A DNA stretch of 64,000 nt from NCBI RefSeq assembly GCF_009914755.1, contig NC_060926.1, one strand, 5' to 3'. The notes below the pieces were generated by a model. That model made no database searches, was not told where the DNA came from, and was given only the letters and a program-made list of their open reading frames with translations. Below, piece by piece: positions 1-19,169 of the stretch (positions are counted from its first letter, which is position 1; every line of letters starts with the position of its first letter). The DNA comes from the human T2T-CHM13v2.0 reference genome, Homo sapiens. Both the position numbers and the translations under genes were made by a program.

Positions 1-408
1 GAGTTTTCATCACTTAGAATGTAGGGAAACTTTTCTCTCAATTTGCTTCGGCTCTTGACTTTCTTATTCCTTGGTTAATTTTCTTCTTGCAGCAGGATTG
101 TAGGAATGGGCTACTGAATTCTGTCACTAATATTTAATCTCCCAAGCAATACGTTCTGCTTCTATTCTGAATAGCAAAGACTTTTTTCTATACGTCTTCT
201 CTTGAAAGCATGGTATAGTGCAGCGGTTCACACACTGCAGTGCACATAAAAACTATGATTGGAACCTATGATTACCATGAAGTATCCCGGACCTCACCCT
301 CATGGGTTCTGGATCAGGCACTCAGAATGATGCCCAGAGACATTTTAACTCAGATGATTTTCATGTGCTGTGTTTGCCAAATATATTAAATCGATAGTCT
401 TATAATAA

Positions 409-770
<362 letters not shown>

Positions 771-3534
771 AATCATTACCATTAAAATATATTTTAATCA
801 GCAAAATGAAATACTATGGATCTCCAAGTTCTTGTTCTTCTATAGAAATACGGAAAAAAATAACCAGAAGCTAAACCAACTTTGAGCTCTGAAAAGCAAT
901 GAAAAGTTTACTTTAACCAGCCAAATGCTCAAATTTTTTAAAAAGCTATCTTCAAATTGGTAAGATAGTATCATGTTGTTTTTACTTGTATTTGCCCCAT
1001 CTCCTCCACAGCACAGTGGTGGTCTTTGTCTTGGGCAGGTAGTAACCTGGTCCTTAGTTCCATCCCTGGCCTCTCCAAACTGGAGGCAGCAGAGCAGACC
1101 TCTTTTTCAAATTATTGTGTAAATTCATTATAACCTGTCTGCAGGATACCTGAAGGACTAATACAAAGTCTGTCTCTGTTTTGCATAACTTGGAAGCCAG
1201 AAAAAAAAAAGAAGGGGGGTTGTAGGGGGTGGTGGCTGGGCAGTGCTTTTAAAAGCTATAAGGAGACTAGAAACCCAGAGAGACTTAGCGGAAGAGATTG
1301 TAGGAGATAGAAAAATATAATCTAAGGCTTGGAGGTGAAGCTGGGATGAAAAGCTTTGGTAAATTAAAATATTAAAAGGCAACCATTATATAGGAGAAAT
1401 TAGAAAGCCACTCACATGCCCAGGAAATATGCATGCTCAGAAAAGGCCCAAGAAGAACTTAAAGTTGTACTTAAATGGTCCCTATACTTAAGAGCAAGCT
1501 TAGCTAAGTGGAGAAGGACCAGTACAGAGCCCATCTGTAAAGACTTAGAAAAGTGGTTGTTCTCTCTTTCTTAAATATATTGGGTTTTTTTGTTTGTTTG
1601 TTTGTTTCAACTTTTCACATCCAGGGAAATCTCTATAAAAACCTTAATGGAACATGAGCTGAAGAAACAAAAAACTTCAATGGTCACACATGACAAAGAG
1701 AGTCCTTGCAAAAAATAGTTTGGAAAAGTCTGGAAAAACTTATCTCTTCTGTCTTCAACAATTAAAAACAAAAGCAAAAGCAGGAAATGATGAGGAATGG
1801 GGAGATTTCCAGAGTTAACATGTTATAATAGGCAAATACCAAATTCATAACAAAAAATCACAAAGCATTAAAAAAGGAACCAAACACAAAGGAAAACATG
1901 GCTAATTCAAAGGAATTAAATTAGTTTACAAAATCCATCATTAAGCAAGGCAAAATGTTAGGCTTACAATTAAAAATACTTTTAACAACTGTGTTAAATA
2001 TATTCAAATATCTAAGAAAAAATTGTCAAAGAACTAAGGAAATAAAAAATATATACAAATAAAATGAAAATTTTAACAAAGAGATACAAATTTTAAAGCA
2101 CAGATGGAAATTCTGGAGTTGAAAAGTATAATAACTAAAATGAAAACTTACTAGAGGTGTTTGACAGCAGATTTGAGTATGCAGAAGAAAGAATTAGTCA
2201 ACTTAAAAATAAGACAATTGAAATTATCTAGTCTACAGATAAAAAATATGAACATGCACACACACAGACACATATACATACATACAACAGAAAACCAAGA
2301 ATGCTGTATCTAGTGAAGTGAAACTGACCTTCAAAAATTAAATAGAAAATAAGATTTTCCCAGATAAATAAAAGCCGATGGAATGTATTATTACTAAACC
2401 TAACTTACAAGAAATGCTAATGGACATCATTGTAGTCAAATGAAAGGATGGTAGGCAAAACTATATGAAAATATAAGGTTCTCTGTTAAAGGTAAAATAG
2501 GAACACATATAAAGGCCTTAATTATCATATAAATTTTTGTGACTATATTTTATTATTTTATAGAATGTAAAAGAGAAAAGCATAAAATAACTCTAAACTT
2601 ATGTTAATGGGTACACAACATAGAAAAGGTATGGTTTGTGACACACATAACATAAAGGGAGGCAGCGGAAGAGCTGTAGTCAATTTTTTGTTTGTAAATC
2701 GAGTTAAGTTCTTATCAATTTAAAATGTATGATTATAGCTTTAGGAGGATTAATAAACAGAGTAACAAAAAAAAATAGATCATATGACAAAAATCAACCA
2801 AAAACAAAGACATGTAGTGATGAAAGAGAACAGAAATTCTTTGAGATATACAGAAAATAAATAAAATATGATAATAAGTTCTTTTCTATCAGTAATAACT
2901 TTAAATTTAAGTGGATCTAAATCCCCAATCAAAAGACATAATGGCAGAATGAATAAAAAGAAACAGAACACAAGTATGTGCTATGTATAAGAATCTCACT
3001 TTTGATCGAAGAAAAGCATAGGTTGAAAGTAAAATGGTGAATAAATTATATGCTATAAAAATGTCACCAAAGGAGAGCAGGGGTAATGATATTAATATTT
3101 GACAGTACACATTTTAGGAAAAAACAAAGAAACAAACAAACAAAAAAACCCCATGTCCTAAAGTAAAACAGAACCCCGTGACAAATTAGATCATTATATA
3201 GTGGTGAAATGGTCAATTCATTAAAAGATAAAACAATTTTAAACATTTAGGCACCACACATCAACAGTCCCTGATAAATGAAGCAAACATCAACAGAATT
3301 AAGGTAAATATAGAAAGTTCTTCATAATAGCAGAAACTTTTATATAATGCTTTCGATAATGGATAGCACAATCACAGAAGGGCATTAAGGAACTAGGACA
3401 GTCTAACAACACTATAGAACAACTAGACTTAAGAGACGTCTATGGAGCACTTCATCCAATAACAGAGGAGTGTGCATTTTTCACAAATGCACATGGAACA
3501 ATCTTTATTACAGATTATACATGAGCTGCAAAAC

Positions 3535-3805
<271 letters not shown>

Positions 3806-4719
3806 TAATAAATTATAAAATTTTGAAATTATACAACATATCTTTCTAAACACAATGGAAGGAAATTAGAAATCAAAAGCAGAAGGATAATTGGAAAATC
3901 AACGTATGTAAAAATTAAGCAACAGAGACAAACAACTAATGAATCAAAAAAATAGATCACAAAGAAATGATAAAATATATATAAAATATACTGAAAATGT
4001 AAAAGAACAAAACTTATGGGATGCAACAAATTCAGTGCTTATAGAAAATTCATAGCTATAAATGCTTAAATTAAGAACAAAGAAATATCCCAAATCACAA
4101 CTTAAAATTTTAAAATAAAACCAGAAAAAAATAAAATAAAATAAAACCAAAGCCAACATGAAGAAGGAAATAATAATGGTTAAATGAGAGATAGATAAAA
4201 TAGAGAATAGAAAAACAATACTGAAATCAACAAAGCAAGGGTTGATGTTTTGAGAAGATCAACAAAATTTAGTAAATCTTTAGCTAGCTTAACTAAGAAA
4301 AAAAGAGAGGAGACTCATATAACTAAAATGAGAATAAAATAGGTGACAGAAAAACTTATTTCACAGAAATAAAAAAAGATTATGAGAGAATACTATAAAC
4401 AATTATATGCCAAAACATTGAATAACCTAGATAAAATGGGTAAATTCCTGGAAAACTCAATGTAACAAGACTGAATCATGAAGAAATAGAAACTATGACA
4501 GACCTTTAACTAGAGGGGAGATTGAATCAATAATTAAAATCCTCTCAAACAATGGTAAGCCTGGTGAATTCTCACACACACATTTAAATAATTAACACCA
4601 AATCCTCTTCCAATGCTTCCAAAAGTTTGAAGAGAAAGCAACATTTCCAAACTTACTCTGTGAGGCCAGCATTTTCCTGAAACCAACCACAACAAAAACA
4701 CTACAAGAAAAGTAAACTA

Positions 4720-6507
<1,788 letters not shown>

Positions 6508-8931
6508 AAGAAAAGTAAACTATATATCTTTATCCCCAATGAATATTGATGCACAAATTCTTAACAAAATACTAACAAACAGATCTCAACAGTACATTAA
6601 AAGGATTAGACACAATTAGAAAGTGGAGTAGAATTATTTCAGAAATGCAAGACTAGTTCAACATATGAAAATCAATTAATATACAACACATTAACAGAAT
6701 GAAAACACACAAAATATGATTATCTCAACTGATGTAGTAAGGGTGGTTGACAAGATTTAACCTTTTTTATGATTAAAATATTCAATAACCTAGGAATACA
6801 AGGAAACTATGTCAACACAATTAAGACCATCTATGAGAAGCCCACAACCAATATTATACTCAATGGAGAAAGATTTAAAGCTTTTCCTCTTAGATCTGGA
6901 AAAAGACAAGGGTGCCTGCATTTACCACTTGTACTCAACATAGTAGCAAAAGGTCTAGCCAGAGCATTTAGGCAAGAAAAAGAAATAGAAGTCATCCAAA
7001 TTAAGAAGGAATAAATAAAATTATATCAGTTCGCGGACAACATAATCTTATATGCAAAAAAACCCAAAAATTCTACATAAAATGTTGAAACAAATTAACA
7101 AATGCAACTTAGTCATAGGAAATAAAGTAAATACACAAAAATCAGTTTGTGTTTCTACACCCTAACAATGAGCCATCAGAAAATAAAATTAAGAAAACAA
7201 TTCAATTTACTATATAATTGAAAAGAATGAAATATTTAGGAATGAGGCTAATCAAGGAACGGAACAAATTTTACAATCAAAAACTTGAAAACATTGCTGG
7301 AAGAAAGTAAAGAAGATGCAAGCAGTGGAAATATGCCCCATGTGCATGGATTCAAAGACTTAATGTTGTTAAGATGTCAATACGACCCAAATGATATACA
7401 GATTCAATACAATTCTTAATGAAATCTCAACAATGTTTACTTTTCAGAAATAGAAAAATCCACTCTAACCCCCACCCCAATGGAATAATCTTTACATCAA
7501 GGGACCCCAAATAACGAAGATAATCTTCAAAAAGAAGAGTGAAGTTTGAGGTCCTACACTTTCTGATTTCAAACCTTATTACAAAATTACTTACAGTAAT
7601 CGAAAGTCTGGTACTGGCATAAACAGAAACATATAAACCAAGGAAATAAAATAGAGGCCAAAAACTACCTTCTACATATATGTTTATATACCTTATAACA
7701 AAGGCTCCAAAGCCATTCAATGGGGGAAAAGACAATCTTTGTAATAAATGCTACTGGGAAAATTGGATTTCTACATGCAGAAGAATGAAGTTGGATTCTT
7801 AATTTATACCATATGCCAAAATTAACTCAAAGTTGATCAAATATATAAATTAAGGTCTAAAACTATAACATTCTTAGAAGAAAACATAGATGAAAACTTT
7901 CTGAAATTAAATTTGGCAATGATTTATTGCATATATCACCAAAAAAATGAAAATAGATAAGTTGCAGTAACTCAAAATTAAAACTTTCTAAAAATCAGAA
8001 GACACAACAGATTGAAAAGCAACCTGTCAAATGGGAGAAAATATTTGCAACTATATACCTGATAAGGGGTTAATATTGCATATAAAGTACTTCTATGTAG
8101 TTCATTAACAACAACAACAATCCTGATAAATATAAGCAAAAGACTTGAAAGCAAGATATACAAATTTCCTATAAGCATATGAAAAGATGCTCAAGATAGT
8201 AATCATCAGGAAAGTGAAAATTAAACTACAATGAAATACCACCTCACATCTATTAGAAAGGCTGCTATTAAAACAAACAGAAATTAACAACTTTTTGAGA
8301 GAATGTGAAGAAATTGGGAACCTTGTACACTGTTGATGGAAATGGTCCAATCACTATAGAAAATAGTACGGCAGTTTCTCAAAAAATTAAAAATACAATT
8401 ATCATATTATTCAGCAATTCCATTTCTGGGTATAAATCAAAAAGATATTAAAGCATAGCCTCAAAGAGATATTTGTACAACTATGTCTATAGCAGTGCTA
8501 TTCACAATAGCCAAAAGGTGAGGGTAAGACAAGTGTTCATCAATGGATGTATAGATAAAATGTGATATATACATACAATGGAATATTATGCAGCCTTAAA
8601 ACAGATGGACATTCTGACACATGGTACAGCATGGATGAACTTTGATCATACTGTCAAATAAGCTAGTCACAAAGAGACCCATACTCTACTATTCCACTTA
8701 ATGAGGTACTAAGGTATTAACATTCATAATGACAGAATGCAGAATGATGGTTGCCAGGGGATGAGGGTGGGGAGGAAATGGGGAGCTGTTATTTAAGGAT
8801 AAAGTTTGTGTTTGGGATAAGAAAAAGGTTCTGGAAATGGATAGTGTTGATAGTTGCACAATAGTGTGAATATATTTAATGCCACTGAATTATGTCACAT
8901 ATATCTTATCATGATAGAAATATATAATAAA

Positions 8932-9128
8932 TGAAGAAGAGAAACAAAGGAGGGAAAGAAGGAGGGAGGAGAAGAGAATGAATGAAAAGAAAGAAAAGCG
9001 GAGAGGGAGAAAAACAGAAAGGAGGAGGAAAGGAGAAGAAGGAAGGAAGGAAGGAAAGAAGGAAGGAAGGAAGGAAGGAGAGGGAGGGAGGGAGGGAAGT
9101 GGGAGAGGGAAGGGAGGGAGAGAGGAAG
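8932..9128. repeat. Polypurine (GGAA)n/(GGGA)n low-complexity tract
   Basis: About 200 nt almost entirely A/G. Confidence 0.92.
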
Positions 9129-10189
9129 TCCTGCCTCACTTGGATTCTAGTTAGGAAATATGTTGTATATACATTCTTTAGAAAGTTACTTGAACTTTCA
9201 CAGACTCATTTTCTGCTTTTTAAAAATGTCAGATTTTCAAGTTTATTGTAAATCTTCTATTAAATGGATATGTAATTTATCTGACAACATTCTAACTAAC
9301 AAAATCAATTGTTGCAAGGAGATTTTGTGGCAACTACAAACATTAAGTAGTACAGCAAGATAAAAGTATATTTTCATATATATTTAGGATTATACACAGC
9401 TTGATATAGGGATCATATTTCACACTTTCTTCTGTTATTCTATATAACACTTAATGTAGTGGATACAGCTATCATTATCTAGGGGTTTCGAATTTTATTT
9501 GATCCAGATTAGTTTACTAAAATCTGTGAAGTGAAATCATAAAGTGTTTATTCTCTAACATAAGAAACTCAGACACAGCCAATGGAGAGAAATAGAGTTT
9601 TCATGATACCATAAGGTACTTAAGTTCTTATATTTTTCCGCTCAGTGCTTCTTCGTACGTGGTTTTCTACTATGAATTGCCTTGAATTCACAGGAAGACT
9701 CTTTTATTTCCACTTTCACATTTGTATTCCCACAGGAATAAAGGAAAGAATGATGGGGACATCATGCATATTATTAATAATAAAGCCCTCACACCTGCCC
9801 CAAATCAGTCTTGCTTATGTCTCATTAGCCATTACTGGCAAATGTAGTTTGTTTATTTGTTTTTAAATTGTGTGTGGGTGGTGAATGGGGGGGGATTTAT
9901 CAGTATGAAGTAAGAGGAAAATGTGTATTAGGTAGAGCATCAAGAAAATAGACCCATTGTATCAATGATTGAAAGTCACTATTTGAACCCAGAGTGACAA
10001 TAATTTGTATCAATATAATGCACGCATATGCACTTTAATAAGCACATTTTACAGAAGGCAGGAAAAAGTCACAGGCCTTGCCATACTCTATCCTGGATAA
10101 CTCCTTGAAGGCCACCTTTTGTCATTATATCTGTTCTTTCATCTCAAAGTCACTGGTATAATTTTACATATTATTTTTTTGAGTTTTTT

Positions 10190-10592
10190 TAATTGAGATG
10201 TTGGCAGAGCTGTATTCCTTCTGAAAGTTCTAAGAGACAACCTGTGCCCTTGCCTCTTACAGCAGGTAGAGGTTACCTGAACTTCCTGGCTCTTGCTCAC
10301 TTCCTCCATCTTCAAACCATCATCCTCTTCAAATCTCTCTCTCTCTCTGATCTCTGCTTCCACTGTCACATTATCTTATGAGCCTCTGACAGTCTTGCCT
10401 CCTAATTATAAGGACCTTTATTATTACATCGGGCCCACCTTGATAATTTGGAGCGATCTTCCCATCTCAAGATTCTTAATCACACCCTCAAGGCCCTATT
10501 TGCTACATAAGGTCATATATTCACAGGTTATAAGCATTAGAATGCAAATATCCTTTTTGGGGGGAGGAAGAATAATTATTCAGTCTACCACA
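10190..10592 (-). mobile_element. MLT1D-like MaLR LTR (partial)
   Basis: Reverse strand starts tgtggtagactgaataat and contains cctgtgaatatatgacctta, cttgagatgggaagat and gtgggcccgatgtaat, matching the recalled MLT1C/D consensus. Confidence 0.8.
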
Positions 10593-11329
10593 CTATCAAT
10601 GTTGTCGCAGGTGATTGATTCATTCTTTTCTTTTATCATAATTGGGTCTTGAGACAGAGGTAAAGATGCCATCTTGAGGATGCCATGTTTAACAAGGAAA
10701 CTTTAAACCAGCTGCATCAGACCAATCAATGTCTATGACTTGTTCATCTTTAGCTCACAGCATATTGTCTAAAATGATGCAGGCATACATACATTATTAA
10801 TAAAATAAATATATATTACTAAATGAATGTGACACATACATTTTACTGTATTCATATCTGGCATCTATATAATTTTTATTTAAAACTGAATATGGCAACA
10901 TGACATCATGGAAAGGATAAAAATATAAACAACTATAAACATATATGGCATTCAATGATAAAAAATATCTTTGGTATAGGAACAAAGAAGTGTTCATTTG
11001 TCTCTGAAGGAAAGGTAAGAAACATCAATAAAGGTGAAGCCAAGCTGAATTTTAAAACAATGGGGTGAATCAGTACAACAGAAAGACAAGAGATAGATGT
11101 GAGTAATTTGGTGTGAAATACTTTCTGGTAAGGAATATGTGTCTACAAAACTACCTTTTGCATCATGTAGCTTATATTCTAGGGAGACTACAGAAAACAA
11201 GTGGAGATGTATGTGCATGTATGTATGTATGTGTACATATATATTTAGTATTATAATTATCATTATATTTTGGTAAAATCATTTAGTAATCATTATTATT
11301 CAATAAAATCATAAAGACGAGTTTAGAGT

Positions 11330-11720
11330 AATTTAGGATGAACATTGAGATGGTTTTGAGCATGCTAAGTTTGAGAAAATCATTGCAGATAATTAGTAAA
11401 GTTGAGTAGATAGCAGCCTAGTGTTTGAGGTCTAATTAGTTAATGGTAGTATAAATTTGGAACGATTGCCGTATAAATGATATTTAAGTCTCTTGAGTTT
11501 GCGTGATAGAGAACAACACAGATGAAACCAAATCTTGAAGGAGGGGGATCTAATATAGTACACAAGACAGACAGCCAATAGACATGGAAGAAAACCAGGA
11601 GAGGGTAATGTCCTAGGAGCCAAATGAAGTTTATGACTTAAGAAGAAGAAAGTAATCACCTCTTTCAAAATCAGTGTGAGGACTGAGGAATAAACGTGGA
11701 ATCTATCAATGAAGAGATGG
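11330..11720 (-). mobile_element. L2 remnant
   Basis: Decayed L2-type motifs (ttttgagcatgctaagtttgag; gaagaaaaccaggagagggtaatgtcctaggagccaaatgaag). Confidence 0.55.
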
Positions 11721-14254
11721 AATGGGAAAGCAGTATCTTTCGTTGCTTGTTGCCCCTCCCATTTCCCAATCCAGGTATGTTATTTGCTGCTGTCTCCTCT
11801 GCCCTGTGTCATGAAGATTGTATCACCCAGTCTGCCTTGCCCTCTGACTTGGAATTTAGAAATATTTTACATAAAATTTTTAATTTCTGACTTTTTACTG
11901 GAAACAAAACTGAAATACAGCAATGTGGGCTCACATTTAGGGTGGCAAGGATAGGCAGAAATGGAGAAGCAGCTGTATCTTTTAAAAAGGGCAAGAATTA
12001 CCCAGGTGCCCACAGTTCTCAGTGGTCACTCCAGTGTAAAACCAGCCACACATACTTGGATTGCTTAACCCACTTTCTTTGGCTTCTGGGATCCTTTGAG
12101 AATATGCTATTTTACCTGCTGCTGAGTGGCCACTGATGAATGACTTGTGTTTTAGAACTTTTACTGGAGAAAACCTACCTTTCCATTATTATTTTCTGAT
12201 CATTTCCTCCAAATCATAGCAACATATATCAGTACACGGAGAAAATATCTGGTTTCCACTCAAGTACTTCTATGCACCAGATTAATTTAGGGGCATCCCA
12301 AGTCTTTTCTTTCTGATACCCTAGTCCATCAGCTCCTGTACAATTCCAAGTGCTGCAATCAGACATTGCTGGAGAAATGCAATGGAAACAGCTGCACTGG
12401 CAGGAAAGCATTTCCATTTTACACTGAACTTACTGTCATTGGGCCTATTTCCATCTGCAAACTCTCTGAACCTTATACTTTTCAGTTGCCACTCCCTATA
12501 TGAACTGCAGAAAAATGAGGTTTCCAAACAAGATCACATTTCTGCTTGCCCCATGCTACCATGGAATCAATCAAAGCAAATAATGCTGGGAAGGCTGAGA
12601 GATAGCAAAGGAATATTAGTAAATATGGTCTTATTCCAACAAACCACATAACCTAAGAGAACGATTTGTGGATCTGACAGGAGGTATTGCAATTGAGTAT
12701 TATTTTGCTGCAGCAGAATTGTTGCTGCTGCTGTCAGCACACAGCAGGTGGTTGGAAGTTGGCAACTTTTATGAAAGCCATTTATATTACAGTACTTTTC
12801 ATGTAAACAGTGGCAATATGAAGCTAAACTGTTCGAGGAATGAGATGCAAATACTAGAAATGGGTTTTCTTCAATAAGAATTTAGGCAATTGTGCTTGAA
12901 TTAAAATAAAGAATAACTTTAAGACACCATCAACATTTTCTATACATGTTTTGGTTCTAAGTGCTACTCGCAAAGTCTTCACCGCATTTACACTGCTGGG
13001 ATTTCTGTTGACTTTGGTGAATGTGCTATTCTGGAGGCTGATGAAGTTACAGATTAACTAAATTCTTAACTGACAAGTTTAATGATGACAAAAATGTTTG
13101 CAAATATATACTTTTAAAAAAACAGAGCGAACTAATTTCTTCTTAGAATAATGGCACTCTCATTTACCTGTTTTCTCAGAAATTTTCTCACGCAAAAATA
13201 TGGGCTGGAATATGTCTTAACACAAGAGATTTGCCTATGGCCATAAGAGCATATTGTGCATTTACTTATCACCACCTATTTGATCACAACAGAAAAAAAA
13301 AAGGTTGAAGTTTATGTTCTCTAGAAAAGAAATACTCAAAGTATCTAAAAAAAAATTGTTCACGTGGAATGTTGTGTTCCACTAGCCCCAAAACATCTCT
13401 AGAAGGGATTATTCCAACATCAAGCAGTGGTCTTTAATTAAATGAAATCACAGCAAAAAGCACTTAGGGAGAGAAGGCTCATCTGGGGTAAAGCAAATGA
13501 AACAAAGAAATGGCTATAAAATGTGAAGGAGCGAAATACAACGGGCTTTGCCCACTCATAGCATGGCCTACTGCAAACTCTATTTGTCAATTTTCATGAC
13601 GTCCTACTATACTCAGGTACTTGATTCCTCCATTTCACAGGTTTCCTGAAGTTTAAGTGCTCATTCAGGGTATAGGGAATGGCAGGGATGGTCTGATGAA
13701 TGCTGGCATTTGTAGGCCCCACTCAAATCAGTCAAAATGACTAACTGGCTTCAAGATCTTCCCAATGAGTTCATCTCTCAGCACCTACAGCATTTGAGAA
13801 TTCCGATCAGAAGACACCTATCTACCAACCACCAGGAGGCTGGGTATTCTTGTTTCACTGAATAAAATCCAAAAGTTTTGGATTTTAAGAAAACCATTCT
13901 TAGCATAAGAATGCCTGATGTCATCATAAAATATCTTTCTTACTTTGTCTCCCATTATTAACAACCTGATTTTTTTTCAGTTTAACCATAGTTGTCTCTT
14001 CATTATCCTAGAATATTCTATGTTTATAACCCAGAGCTTACATTTGCAGTATTACCCCTACCCAGTAGCGCCTTCTCCACATATATCACCTTGATCAAAT
14101 ACTATTTTTCCTTTATGATCTGAATTAATCTCCACAGGCTTCATGATACACTGAGATCAGTATTTTTTTTTAAAAGAAATAACTATTTACTGAATGTTAG
14201 CTAGGTATCAAGCACTGAACTAGAAATAGGAGACACAAGAGAAATAAGTACTTA

Positions 14255-16115
<1,861 letters not shown>

Positions 16116-16900
16116 CTCAAACTTCCAATTTTTACAAATTCTCTCATAGCAGCTTATCAGCTCTCTCTCTCTGGAAACAACACTACTTCTGATAATAAAT
16201 TTTCAAATTTTGTAAAGTATCAGAAAGCTGTTGAAGTATGGGTTTACATTTTCTAAAGGTCTGTAGGCTTTCACTTCAAGGATGTATGGAATGCTAAATT
16301 TTTAGTCATCGAATCTTACAAAAAATGGAATCTAATGAAGGAATCCCCTTACAGAAAGAGGAGTGGGAGCAGGTCAGTGATCCTGGGGCCCACTGGTCAC
16401 CTAATATAGTGCCTGTGCAGAACCTACCATCATGATGGAGTGTGGGACAGGCCTGCTGCAGCTGCACCAGCTCAGAAGCCATACTCCATGAGGATGGGAA
16501 CCTGTCCTCCAGAACATACAAAAAGCGTAGAATCAAACAACAACAACTATTGTTATATTAGCCGTTTTTTTAACAGATTCATTGATAAATATTTTACATA
16601 CCAAAAAAGTCAGCAATTTAAAATGTACAATTCAATGTCTTTTCATACAATCAGAGTTGTGCATCTATCACCACAATCAAATATTTTTGTTATACCAAAA
16701 AGAAACCCCACTTCCCTTAACCATTATTCCTCAATTTCTCCATTCCACCTGACCCTAAGCAACCACTCATATGCTTTCAATCTATATAGATTGGCTTATT
16801 CTGAATATTTTATATAAATCACATCATACAAACATTTTCATACAATATGTGGTAATTTGTGGCTAACTTATTTTACTCACAAAAATGTTTTCCAGGTTGA

Positions 16901-17244
<344 letters not shown>

Positions 17245-17751
17245 AATAACATTCTTTATTAAGTGTATATTTTCTATATCCATTCATCGGGTGATGGACA
17301 TCGGGGCTTGTTCCACTTTTTAGCTATTATGAATAATGCCACTCTTTGTGTATATGTTTTGTGCATGGAAGTATGTTTTCAGTTCTCTTGGGTGTATACC
17401 TAGGCATAGAAGTGCTGGGGGACATGGCGACTCTGTCGAATAGTCTGAGGAAATGCCAAACTGTTTTCTGAAGCAGTTGTACCATTTTAGGTTCTCACCA
17501 GTAGTATGTTACAGTTCCAATGTTTCCACATCTTTGCTGATATTTATTTTCTGTCCTTTTGCTTATAGTCATGCTAATGGGTGTGAAGTGGTATCAGATT
17601 ATAGTTTTGATTTACATTTTCCTGTGGCTAATGATGTTGACTATCAATTCATTTGCTTATTTTCATTTGCATTTTTTTTTTGAAAAAACATCTACTTAAT
17701 TACTTGGCCATTAAATGAGTGGATTATTTGGATTTTATTATTGAGTTGTAA

Positions 17752-18111
<360 letters not shown>

Positions 18112-18851
18112 TTTTTCCATTCTTTAGTGTTATTTTTTAGTTGCATTGATGGTGTCCTTTGAAACACACACATAAAAAAAATTTTGATGATATGCAGTTT
18201 ATTTTATCATTTTTTGCTTGTATTTTGAGAAACTCTGCTTAAGTCAATGCCTAATTTAAGGTCACAAATATTTAGGTCTAGGTTTTCTTGTAAGAGTGTT
18301 ATAGTTTTAGCTTATACATTTGTCTTTGATCTATTTTCAGTTAATTTTTGTATATGTTGTGAGGTCGGAATCCAACACTATTTTTTAAAGGTATCTAGTT
18401 GTCCTAACAGAAATTATTGAAAAGATCATTTTATTCCCATTTATCTGTCTGGGTAGTCTTGTTAAAAATCAATTGACCATAAATGTGAGGGTTTACGTCT
18501 GGGCTGTCAGTTCTATTACATTGATCTATATGTCTACCCTAATGTCATTGCCACACTGTCTTCACTACTCTGTCTTTACAGTTAGCTCAATTTAGGAAGT
18601 GTAAATTCTTCAACTTGTTCTTCTCTTTCAAGTTTATTTTGTTAATTCCAAATTTTCTTATAAATTTTAGAACCAGTATATACATATACATATATATATA
18701 TATCTCCTCAAGAAATCATCTTGTTTTTTGATATGGATGACAGGGAACTGCAGATCAATTGGGGCAATATCATCACATTTATAATATGATGCCTTCCAAT
18801 CTATGAACATGAGATGACTTTCCAGTTGATTGGGTCTTGTTAATTTCTTAG

Positions 18852-19163
18852 TTTCTTTCTTTTTCTTTTTCTTTTTTTTTTTTTAAACAGAGTCTCACTC
18901 TGTTGCCCATGCTGCAGTGCAGTGGCACAATCTTGGCTCACTGCAGCCTCCGCTTCTTGGGTCAAATGATCCTCCCACCTCAGCCTCCCAAATATCTGGG
19001 ACCCCAGGTGTATGCCACCATGTCCGGTTAATTTTTGTATTTTTAGTATAGATGGTGTTTCACCATGTCACACAGGTTGGTCTTGAACTCCTGGCTTAAG
19101 CCATTTGCTGGCCGTGGCCTACCAAAGTGCTGGGATTACAGGCATGAGCCACCATGCCTGGCC
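18852..19163 (-). mobile_element. AluJ (Jb-like)
   Basis: Diverged reverse Alu with J-type gatcctcccacctcagcc and ctcctggcttaagc. Confidence 0.85.
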
Positions 19164-19169
19164 AGAATT

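Noticed and set aside
220-380. Possible MER5-like DNA transposon remnant; similar faint hAT-like pieces near 49440-49540 and 57970-58080
   Set aside because: Too diverged to support by eye.
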